Shown here in pieces: positions 9,672 through 17,670 of a stretch of DNA of 64,000 nt (positions within the stretch are counted from its first letter, which is position 1; each line of letters begins with the position of its first letter). Source of the stretch: Longimicrobiales bacterium (GTDB lineage Bacteria > Gemmatimonadota > Gemmatimonadetes > Longimicrobiales > Gaopeijiaceae); assembly GCA_965203485.1 (NCBI GenBank), contig OZ241892.1, forward strand, positions 3,104,001 to 3,168,000. Direction: 5' to 3'. Made by a program: the position numbers and the translations under genes. Under the pieces are notes generated by a model that saw nothing but the letters and a program-made list of their open reading frames with translations, did not search any database and was not told where the DNA came from.

Positions 9672-9920
9672 ATGGACACTTCCGCGTCAAGTTCCGTTGG
9701 CCCCGAAGCGCGGGTCCGCTACTCGGCGAGCGAGCGCGAGTCGCTGCTGGCCATGGCCGATGGCGGCCGCGGGCGGTTGCGGTGTCCGCGTTGCGGAGGG
9801 GTTTGCAGCGTGCTGCGAACGACGCCCCGGCCGGACGTCGCCTATGTTCGGCGAAGGGTGGTCGTCCGTTGCGCGGGGTGCTTGGCCACGACGGCCGCCG
9901 ACGCGAGGGCGCCTCGTTGA
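9672..9920 (+). CDS. Small hypothetical zinc-ribbon protein
   Basis: Two CxxC motifs (CPRC, CAGC). Start uncertain. Confidence 0.5.
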   Translation: MDTSASSSVGPEARVRYSASERESLLAMADGGRGRLRCPRCGGVCSVLRTTPRPDVAYVRRRVVVRCAGCLATTAADARAPR

Positions 9921-10066
9921 GGGAGGGACGTGTCGGGCGGAGGAGGGAGACGGGGCCGTACGCGGGCCGCGTTGGCGGCCGGGCACGCGTGGCGGGGGTT
10001 CCGCATGCGGGCGAGCGAGCGCCGGGCGACGCGGCTTGGTGGTTGCGCGTCGCCCCGGCGGCAAGG

Positions 10067-11053
10067 ATGGCCCTCGGGGCAGGGCTCGTCGTCGCGAGTC
10101 TTCCCGCGGCGGGCGCGGGCACGGCCGACGGCCAAGAGCACGACCGCCACGACGAGCACGAAACCGGCCCGCCGGTGCTCGGTCACCGTGCCGGACCTCG
10201 GGGGCTTGCCCTCGGGAACTCGTTTTGGACGGCGAGCCGGGACGACCTAGCCATCTTTCACCATCCCGCCTTGCTGGGCGGCTCCGCCTTCGGAGTCGAG
10301 TATGCGCATTTCGGCGAGGGATCGAACTTCATGGCCGCCAGCGCGAGCGGCGGCTGGCTCGGCGGAACGGCGGGCATCGGCCTCTCGTTCTTGGATTCGG
10401 GGCATGGTCGGCCGGAGTACCGGGACGGCCTGGAACGCCACGAGGAACGGGAGCGGCGTGGGGCTGGCGGCGGCCATCGCGAACGCGAAGGCCGGGAGCA
10501 CGGCCGGGACGTGGCCGAGCTTGGATCAAGCTTCGCGTTGGCAGTGGGGTTCGCGACGGAGTTGCTCGGCCTGCGGGTTGGCGGGGCAGCCAAGGCGGTC
10601 GGCCAGAACTCGGCGAACGGCCGCCACGCCACGGCGGCGCTGGACTTGGGCGCGGCCGCAGAGGCCGGACCGGTCGCGTTGGCCCTTTCCGTGCAGAACC
10701 TCGGACCCGCTCTGGAGGCGGACGCGAACAAGTTGCCCCTGCCGACCCGGCTCGTGCTCGGCGCCGGCACGGACCGCGAGCCGGTCGGCCCGTTCGACGT
10801 TGGGGTTGCCGTCCACGCCGCCGTCGAGCGAGCGGGGGGCTTCTCCGCCGGCGGGGGGATCGAAGCGGCTTGGTGGCCGGTCGCCGGGCGCGTTTTCGTG
10901 GCAAGGGCGGGCGTCGTCGGAGGCGGTCGGGAGCAGGAAACCGCCTTGACGTTCGGGGCGGGCTTCCAGGGGGACCGCATCCGCCTGGACTACGCCTACG
11001 GAAAGGCCGGCCGGCACGACCGTCGCCACGCCGCAAGCATCGCCTTCCGGTAA
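10067..11053 (+). CDS. Outer-membrane beta-barrel, PorV/PorQ-like (UPF0164)
   Basis: GPRGLALGNSF...AIFHHPALL (cf. GARxxGMG...A.YWNPA), ALDLG, SVQNLG, RLDYAY and terminal F. Start uncertain. Confidence 0.75.
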   Translation: MALGAGLVVASLPAAGAGTADGQEHDRHDEHETGPPVLGHRAGPRGLALGNSFWTASRDDLAIFHHPALLGGSAFGVEYAHFGEGSNFMAASASGGWLGGTAGIGLSFLDSGHGRPEYRDGLERHEERERRGAGGGHREREGREHGRDVAELGSSFALAVGFATELLGLRVGGAAKAVGQNSANGRHATAALDLGAAAEAGPVALALSVQNLGPALEADANKLPLPTRLVLGAGTDREPVGPFDVGVAVHAAVERAGGFSAGGGIEAAWWPVAGRVFVARAGVVGGGREQETALTFGAGFQGDRIRLDYAYGKAGRHDRRHAASIAFR

Positions 11054-11152
11054 GGGGGACGGGCGAGGGTTCGTCGCGGCCGACTAGGCCGATCGCCCAG
11101 CGAACGGTCGTCCATTTCGACCCTGAGTTGCAGGACGTCGCAATGGTGGCCG

Positions 11153-12169
11153 CCGTCAGCGGCGACGCCGCGGATCGTTCCTGTTGAGCTTGAACTGGCG
11201 GCATTCCAGGAAGCGGTCGCACATGTCCACCCAGAGCCGCCGGTCGCAACCCACGGGCGGCGGCGTATCGTCCAGTTGCGATTGCGCGCATGCGGGAGCC
11301 CACGCCGCGACATGCTCCTTGTGGAAGCCGGTCCTCGCAACAATCTCCTCCGGCGTGCTCGCGGCCATGGCTTCCAACTGCTCGACCAGTGGGGGCGTGC
11401 GCAACGCTCCTGCGAGCGCAATGGCTTCGGACAAAGTGCCCGACAAGAAGCCCGACCGCCCGTGCCCAGCCGACATGTAGCCGGCCGGCGGCCCGTTCAT
11501 GTGAAGCAACGCGGCCTCAACCAGCTCCTCTTCGTAGGCTCCCGCCCCGTGCGTCGACACGATGCTGGCCAAGACATAGAGGGCTGAGCCGGCCATGGTG
11601 CCACCTGCCCTTGGCGACAACGCGACCTCGAGCAGGTGCGGCACGGCCTCCAAGCCGAACTCGTAGAGCACCGCCGCCACGGGTCCCGCATTGTACGCGT
11701 GCCAAGCGAGCGGCGGCAGCAGCGCCGGGTCCCCGGTCGCCGCCAGTTCCCGCGCCATGATGGCCGCCGTCTCCGTCGGAAAGTCTCTTGAGTAGTCGCC
11801 CTCCTGCCATGCGGGGAGCAGGGCGGTCGTCAGTTCGACCTCGAACCGCAGGGCCTCGATCATCGCCGCCCGCAATGCGGGAGACCGCCGCTCGGGCTCC
11901 ACCGACAGCGCGGCGGACGCTCCGACTGCCCACGAGACGACGTCGCCCGCCGTGAGCAGGTCCACGACCTTCCGTTCCGCCGCCGCATCCCCGGCCTTCA
12001 GCTTCTCGATCGTCGCCCGTTCCGCCCGCAGCATGTCCGCCACGATCTTCGCCCGCGACCGCGCCGTTTCCTGCGATTCCACCGGCGCCGCCACGCCCCA
12101 GCAGGCGACGGCGCACACCAAGGTCCGCGTCTTCATGCCCCGAAGCCTCCTCATTCCCAGGCAACGTGG
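11153..12169. repeat. Tandem ~1 kb repeat, copy B
   Basis: Near-identical to 12218-13212. Includes the gene, its RBS and the last five codons (HVAWE-stop) of a peptidase gene. Confidence 0.95.
11156..12136 (-). CDS. Secreted helical hypothetical protein, paralogue B (candidate immunity protein)
   Basis: Sec signal (MKTRTLVCAVACWGVAAPVES), GGAGG RBS, C-terminal cysteines; highly similar to 12221-13180. Confidence 0.85.
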   Translation of the reverse strand: MKTRTLVCAVACWGVAAPVESQETARSRAKIVADMLRAERATIEKLKAGDAAAERKVVDLLTAGDVVSWAVGASAALSVEPERRSPALRAAMIEALRFEVELTTALLPAWQEGDYSRDFPTETAAIMARELAATGDPALLPPLAWHAYNAGPVAAVLYEFGLEAVPHLLEVALSPRAGGTMAGSALYVLASIVSTHGAGAYEEELVEAALLHMNGPPAGYMSAGHGRSGFLSGTLSEAIALAGALRTPPLVEQLEAMAASTPEEIVARTGFHKEHVAAWAPACAQSQLDDTPPPVGCDRRLWVDMCDRFLECRQFKLNRNDPRRRR

Positions 12170-12217
12170 GACAACTTGGGGCGTGGACTGTCCCTGGCAC
12201 GCCGCCGCAGCAACGGC

Positions 12218-13212
12218 CCGTCAGCGGCGACGCCGCGGCTCGTTCCTGTTGAGCTTGAACTGGCGGCATTCCAGGAAGCGGTCGCACATGTCCACCCAGA
12301 GCCGCCGCTCGCAACCCAAAGGCGGCGGCGTATCGTCCAGTTGCGATTGCGCGCACGCTGGAGCCTGTCCCACGTCCCACCCCACAAAGCCGGTTCTCTC
12401 GGCAATCTCCTCCGGCGTGCTCGCGGCCATGGCTTCCAACTGCTCCATCAGCAACGGCGTACGCAACGCTCCCGCGAGCGCAGTGGCTTCAAGGACAGCA
12501 CCCGCGTGGTCAGCCGACATGTAGTCGGCCGGCGGCCCGTTCATGTGAAGCAACGCGGCCTCGGCCAGCTCCCCTTCGTAGGCTCCCGCCCCGTGCGTCG
12601 ACACGATGCTGGACAAGACGCCGATGGCTGACATGACCATGGTCCTGCTCGCTCTTCGCGACAACACGACGTCGAGCAGGTGCGGCACGGCCTCCAAGCC
12701 GAACTCGTAGAGCACCGCAGCCACGGGTCCCGCGTTGTACGCGTGCCAAGCGAGCGGCGGCAACAACGCCGGGTCCCCGGTCGCCGCCAGTTCCCGCGCC
12801 ATGACGGCCGCCTTCTCCGTCGGACTCTTCAGTGAGTAGTCGCCCCTCCGCTTTGCGGGGAGCAGGGCGGTCGTCAGTTCGACCTCGAACCGCAGGGCCT
12901 CGATCATCGCCGCCCGCAATACGGGAGACCGCCGCTCGGGCTCCACCGACAGCGCGGCGGACGCTCCGACTTCCCACGAGAGGACGTCGCCCGCCGTGAG
13001 CAGGTCCACGACCTTCCGTTCCGCCGCCGCATCCCCGGCTCTCAGCTTCTCTATCGTCGCCCGTTCCGCCCGCAGCATGTCCGCCACGATCTCCGCCCGC
13101 GAGCGCGCCGTTTCTTGCGATTCCACCGGCGCCGCGACGCCCCAGCAGGCGACGGCGCACACCAAGGTCTGCGTCTTCATGCCCCGAAGCCTCCTATTCC
13201 CAGGCAACGTGG
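12218..13212. repeat. Tandem ~1 kb repeat, copy A
   Basis: Aligns by eye with 11153-12169; a 48-bp unique spacer (12170-12217) separates the copies. Confidence 0.95.
12221..13180 (-). CDS. Secreted helical hypothetical protein, paralogue A (candidate cognate immunity protein)
   Basis: Starts 13 nt after the M15 peptidase stop, with its RBS overlapping that stop; Sec signal. Confidence 0.85.
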   Translation of the reverse strand: MKTQTLVCAVACWGVAAPVESQETARSRAEIVADMLRAERATIEKLRAGDAAAERKVVDLLTAGDVLSWEVGASAALSVEPERRSPVLRAAMIEALRFEVELTTALLPAKRRGDYSLKSPTEKAAVMARELAATGDPALLPPLAWHAYNAGPVAAVLYEFGLEAVPHLLDVVLSRRASRTMVMSAIGVLSSIVSTHGAGAYEGELAEAALLHMNGPPADYMSADHAGAVLEATALAGALRTPLLMEQLEAMAASTPEEIAERTGFVGWDVGQAPACAQSQLDDTPPPLGCERRLWVDMCDRFLECRQFKLNRNEPRRRR

Positions 13213-14120
13213 AAGTGACGGTCGTCGTATTCCCTAAAGCCCTGCAAGTCGGTGGCGCCGAGTTGCAGGGCAAGTCTGCTGATCTCACTGTACAGGTCTT
13301 CGATTAAGGCCCGTTGCGCCGGAGTCATGCCGCCGTAGTTCGGGCCGATGCCGGCGATTCTCTTGGTGCTGATGTCCGCGGCCCGGCCCTCCAAGTGCCA
13401 CGAGGAATCGTCGCCGCCTACCTGCGTGTTGCCGTGCGGACAGCGGTAGCCGCTCGTCACCGGGAGAGCCGCCGTGTACCGGTTCGCCCGCCGCACGGGG
13501 GAGCGGCCCCATGCGGCACGCAAGCTCTCAAGGCCGCTCTTCAGGCTCTCCTGCACCCAGCCGTAACCGGTGTGCGGGTTGCCCCTTTGGAAGTAGCCGT
13601 TAAGCTCGGCCCAAGAGAAGTGGGCGGTGCCGCCGCCGTTGTGCTCGAGGTCGTCGCACGTCGGCGTCCTGCGATCCGTCACGGGCCATCGCGGATCGTC
13701 GTACTCGGCGATGATGCGTCTTTCTTCCCGGTCGCACGAGCCCCGACCGCCCGGCCGGCTGCACTTCAGCACCGTGACCGATATGATCTCTCCGTTGTCG
13801 CGCCGAAATATGATTTCGACGAGGCAGATCACTCTTTCGTCTTCTTCCTCGTCCCGGCCCGTGACCGGAGCCCGCCGACCGACCGTGTCCCGCCATGCTT
13901 CTGCGGCGCGAGAGCCCACGAAGACTCGCCCCAATGTCCGCGAACCGCGGACGACCGCATCTCCGTGGATCCGTGCGCCCGTCAGCTTGGCGTCACGCGA
14001 GTCCACGGCCATGTACGCCGTCCGCCTCTCGCCGTCCATGCCAAGCGGTTCGGAACAAGCGCCCAGCGCCGCTAGGCCCAGGAAAAGAGCGCCTCGTCGG
14101 TTTTTCGGCCCAACCTTCAT
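13194..14120 (-). CDS. Lipoprotein with C-terminal M15A (D-Ala-D-Ala carboxypeptidase-like) zinc peptidase domain
   Basis: Lipobox LGA|C, GAGGAGG RBS. TSGYRCPxxN, SxHxxGxAxD (SSWHLEGRAAD) and HxH (HFH) zinc-ligand motifs. Confidence 0.85.
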   Translation of the reverse strand: MKVGPKNRRGALFLGLAALGACSEPLGMDGERRTAYMAVDSRDAKLTGARIHGDAVVRGSRTLGRVFVGSRAAEAWRDTVGRRAPVTGRDEEEDERVICLVEIIFRRDNGEIISVTVLKCSRPGGRGSCDREERRIIAEYDDPRWPVTDRRTPTCDDLEHNGGGTAHFSWAELNGYFQRGNPHTGYGWVQESLKSGLESLRAAWGRSPVRRANRYTAALPVTSGYRCPHGNTQVGGDDSSWHLEGRAADISTKRIAGIGPNYGGMTPAQRALIEDLYSEISRLALQLGATDLQGFREYDDRHFHVAWE

Positions 14121-14256
14121 GCCGATCCTCCTCTGCCGTGCGAGCAAGTCCCCCGGCGTCCACCATAAGGTGCGTGGCAACGCGCGTCAATGAAGAGGGC
14201 GCGAGGAACCCTGGGCGGCGCGGCGTCCGAGGGCGTCGTCCTATCGCGGCGACGCG

Positions 14257-16311
14257 CTACTCGGGCGGTCCAGACGGAATGCGGGCGGCGAGGAACCCCG
14301 GGTGCATCCTGGACAAGCCGAGGTCGTCGACTACCACCGTTCCCGCGCTCGCGCGGTCGAACACCAGCCGAACGGACCGCAACGATTCGGGGTCGAATGC
14401 CGGGTTGGCGAGCGCAAAGTCCGCGAGCGGGATCGAGAAGTGCTGGAGAATGGTCTCCCACCGGTTCTCGAACCGGGCGTCCTCGCGGTCTCGGCGGCGG
14501 TAGATGCGGATGGTAAGCGGCCGGCGCAACGGACCGTAGCTGGAGAGGGCGACCCTGGCTGCGTCGCCGTCGGCGTCCGCGGCTTCGACGGTCAGGTCCA
14601 GCGGCGGCTTCCGGCCGTCGAGCGATGGCGAGCCTCGAGCGTCGGAGCCGGATTCGCTGCGGGGCAGTCCCGCGTTCCGTTCGGCGCGGCCGCGTTGCTC
14701 TTCGTTCTCAGCCGAGCCGGGGCGTTCCCGTGGGCCCGGCTCTTCGTCCAGCCCGGCCGCGTGCAGCTCCAGCGTGCTCTCGGGCCCGGTCCGCCAGCGT
14801 TTCGCCAGTCCGGGCGGCAACGCGACGACGAACACGGCGGGCGGCGCAGGTTCGGCGTCCGCGCCTTCGTATGAGTTGTTCCATCCAAGCCAGACCGCTT
14901 GGTTGAGTTGCGAGGACGACGTGCTGCTGCGGTTGGCCGAACGCAACTCGAGCCGGCCTTCCTTCCACGTGCTGAAGCCTTCGCCCAGAAGCGACACGCC
15001 TCTCGCCGTGCCCGTGGTGACGTCGATGTCTTCCTCGAAGTCGGCGAGCGGCCGAAACGATGCCTCCTTGAAGCGGGTGACGTACATCGTCTTCGGCAAC
15101 CAGCCGCCCGCGACGCGATGGTCGCGGAACAGCGGCCGGTAGCGGTCGTCGCCCTTGAGCGCGACGTCGAGGAAGGCCGACACGAACACGCGTCCGAACT
15201 CGCGCTGCTCCTCGGGCGCGAGCAGGCCGGACAACTCGAGGATGCGGCCGCTGCGGGGACCGTTGTCGTGGGCGCCCCAGACCGTGTTCCACTGGCCGTG
15301 GTTCGCCCGGTAGACGTAGACGGCGGACTTGAACCAGTCGCCGCCGTCGGTGAAGCGCACGCGGTTGAACTGGCGGAGTCCATGGAAGCTGGTGACGTCG
15401 CCGTCGTGCGAGCCGTGGAAGACGAGGTAGTTGACGTTCTCCACCGGGACGCGCTGGCTTGCCGGGAGGTACTGGCCGTCCACGGGAGCTATGGCCACGA
15501 CCGCCCGAATCGCGAAGCCGAAGTCGAACTCCAGCGACGCGTCGTCCGGGTAGCGCCGAAGCCGGTTGAAGGCCGCGGCGTGGCCGACCGCCTCTCCGCC
15601 CCGAGAATGGCCGATCAGCGCGATGCGGCTCATGTCGGCAACGCCGCCAAGGGGGCCGTCCTCGTCTTCGGCGAACCCGCGCCACGCCTCGAGATGTTTG
15701 AGCAGAAGCCAGCCCCGCGCGTCGTTTTCGCCCCTGATGCCGCCGTTGACGAAGTTCATGTCCACGGACGCGACGACGTAGCCGCGGCTGGCGAGCAGCT
15801 CGCCCAGCCAGTCGTAGCCCGGGTCCGAGAAGTCGCGCATGTCGTGGTTGCCGTGGACGACAAGCGCCAGGGGATGCGGTCCCGGGGCGTCCGGGTACCA
15901 GACTCGCGCGTTCAGCGGAAAGCTGTCGGGAGAGAAGCCCCAGTACCGGTTTCGCGACTTGGAGGAGCCGCCCAGACTGACCAGTTTGGAGGCGTCCACG
16001 GGTTGAGTCGCGATGGACACGGAGTCGCGGTACTCCGCCCGGTTGCGGTCGGCGCCGCTGCCGTAGTAGAGGGTGCGAACGGCGTGCGGGCCGGGTTGCG
16101 CGGGGTTCTCCTCGTCGAGGACGTGCCGGGCCAGGACCGTGGGCGCGTCGGAAGGCGCGAGGTCGAGCGAGCCGCCGCAGCCCGCAAGCGCGACGGCCGC
16201 GGCGAGCGCGAGCTGACGGCGAACCCGGATCGAGGGTCTGCCGGACCTTCCAAGGGGATGGAAGCGCGTGGCGAAGCTTCGGGCCGCGGCCGGTCGCATG
16301 CGGACGGTCAT
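14257..16311 (-). CDS. Secreted alpha/beta hydrolase (lipoprotein)
   Basis: Lipobox LAG|C, HGNH, nucleophile elbow GHSRGG, HGSHDGD. Start uncertain. Confidence 0.88.
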   Translation of the reverse strand: MTVRMRPAAARSFATRFHPLGRSGRPSIRVRRQLALAAAVALAGCGGSLDLAPSDAPTVLARHVLDEENPAQPGPHAVRTLYYGSGADRNRAEYRDSVSIATQPVDASKLVSLGGSSKSRNRYWGFSPDSFPLNARVWYPDAPGPHPLALVVHGNHDMRDFSDPGYDWLGELLASRGYVVASVDMNFVNGGIRGENDARGWLLLKHLEAWRGFAEDEDGPLGGVADMSRIALIGHSRGGEAVGHAAAFNRLRRYPDDASLEFDFGFAIRAVVAIAPVDGQYLPASQRVPVENVNYLVFHGSHDGDVTSFHGLRQFNRVRFTDGGDWFKSAVYVYRANHGQWNTVWGAHDNGPRSGRILELSGLLAPEEQREFGRVFVSAFLDVALKGDDRYRPLFRDHRVAGGWLPKTMYVTRFKEASFRPLADFEEDIDVTTGTARGVSLLGEGFSTWKEGRLELRSANRSSTSSSQLNQAVWLGWNNSYEGADAEPAPPAVFVVALPPGLAKRWRTGPESTLELHAAGLDEEPGPRERPGSAENEEQRGRAERNAGLPRSESGSDARGSPSLDGRKPPLDLTVEAADADGDAARVALSSYGPLRRPLTIRIYRRRDREDARFENRWETILQHFSIPLADFALANPAFDPESLRSVRLVFDRASAGTVVVDDLGLSRMHPGFLAARIPSGPPE

Positions 16312-16435
16312 GCGGCTACACTGGTGCTTGGCTTTCGTTCCGGCAAGGCCGACCGTTGGGAGGCGGCAGGCCGTGCCGCGCGCACGCGACGCCGACGGTC
16401 CGGCGCGTCCACCTCATCCCCGAACGCAACGCTCG

Positions 16436-17140
16436 ATGCGAATCTGGACAGGCACCAGCGGCTTCTCGTACAAGGAATGGAAGGGCAGCTTCTACCCGGA
16501 GAACCTGCCCGCGGCCCGAATGCTGGAGCACTACGCCCAGCGCCTCGACGCCGTCGAGATCAACAACACGTTCTACCGGCTTCCCCGCACGGAGATGCTG
16601 GCCAAGTGGAAGGCGCAGGTGCCGGACGACTTCGCTTTCGTCCTCAAGGCCAGCCGGCGCATCACCCACATGAAGCGCCTCAAGGAAGCGGACGAGCCGC
16701 TCGGCTATCTGGCCAAGGCGGCGACCGAAGGACTGGGCGACCGGCTGGGGCCGGTGCTCTTCCAGTTGCCTCCGTATCTGAAGAAGGACGTGGAGAGGCT
16801 TCGCGACTTCCTCGCGATCGTGCCCGCCGGACTGCGCGCGGCCTTCGAGTTCCGCCACGAGAGCTGGTTCGGCGACGACGTGTACGCGGCGCTCTCGGAG
16901 AGCGGAGCGGCCCTCGTGGCCGCCGACACGGGCGACGGCGACGCGCCGGTCGTGCCGACGGCCGATTTCGGGTACGCTCGGTTGCGGAGGCCGGAGTACG
17001 GCGACGCCGAGCTGGCGGCCTGGGCGGAGCGGATTCGAGGCGCCGGATGGGCCGAGGCGTTCGCTTTCTTCAAGCACGAGGACGCAGGCGCCGGACCAGC
17101 CCTTGCGAAGCAGTTTCGGGAGCGTTTCGAGGCGGGATAG
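16436..17140 (+). CDS. DUF72 domain protein
   Basis: IWTGTSGFSY..W.G.FYP, VEINNTFY, LFQLPP and EFRHESW motifs. Confidence 0.93.
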   Translation: MRIWTGTSGFSYKEWKGSFYPENLPAARMLEHYAQRLDAVEINNTFYRLPRTEMLAKWKAQVPDDFAFVLKASRRITHMKRLKEADEPLGYLAKAATEGLGDRLGPVLFQLPPYLKKDVERLRDFLAIVPAGLRAAFEFRHESWFGDDVYAALSESGAALVAADTGDGDAPVVPTADFGYARLRRPEYGDAELAAWAERIRGAGWAEAFAFFKHEDAGAGPALAKQFRERFEAG

Positions 17141-17202
17141 CCTCTTATCGCCGACGAGCGCCGAACGCTAGCTTTGGTTCAGCGAGGAAGGGAGGATTCG
17201 GC

Positions 17203-17670
17203 ATGGAAGTGGTGCGCTTCGCGGTAAACGGCGACGAGCGGGTCTGCGGGGTGCCCGCGCATTACACGTTGCTCGAGACGTTGCGCTACGGCCTGGGTCT
17301 CACGGGTTCGAAGCAGGGCTGCGACAAGGGCGACTGCGGCGCGTGCACGGTGATCCTGGACGGCCGCGCGGTGTTGTCTTGCCTGACGCCGGCGCTGGAG
17401 GCGGAGGGCCGCGTCGTGCGGACAGTTGAGGGGCTGGCCACCGGAACCGATCCGCATCCGTTGCAGGACGAGTTCGATCTTCACGGAGCGGCGCAGTGCG
17501 GATTTTGCACGCCGGGCATCCTCTGCAGCGCGGCGGCGCTTCTGGAGCGCGAGCCGTCGCCCAGCCGCGAAGAGATCCGCGAGGCGCTGGCGGGCAACCT
17601 CTGCCGGTGCACGGGCTACGAGAAGATATACGACGCGGTGGAGGCCGCGGCGGCCAGGTGCCGCGCGTGA
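17203..17670 (+). CDS. [2Fe-2S] small subunit of xanthine dehydrogenase-family enzyme (HcrC/CoxS-like)
   Basis: GCDKGDCGACTV, QCGFCTPG and GNLCRCTGY motifs; GGAGG RBS. Confidence 0.95.
   Translation: MEVVRFAVNGDERVCGVPAHYTLLETLRYGLGLTGSKQGCDKGDCGACTVILDGRAVLSCLTPALEAEGRVVRTVEGLATGTDPHPLQDEFDLHGAAQCGFCTPGILCSAAALLEREPSPSREEIREALAGNLCRCTGYEKIYDAVEAAAARCRA

Noticed and set aside
11153..13212. Diversity-generating retroelement (template/variable repeat) explanation for the paralogues
   Set aside because: Both copies are full coding genes, differences include indels and are not adenine-specific, and no reverse transcriptase is in the window.
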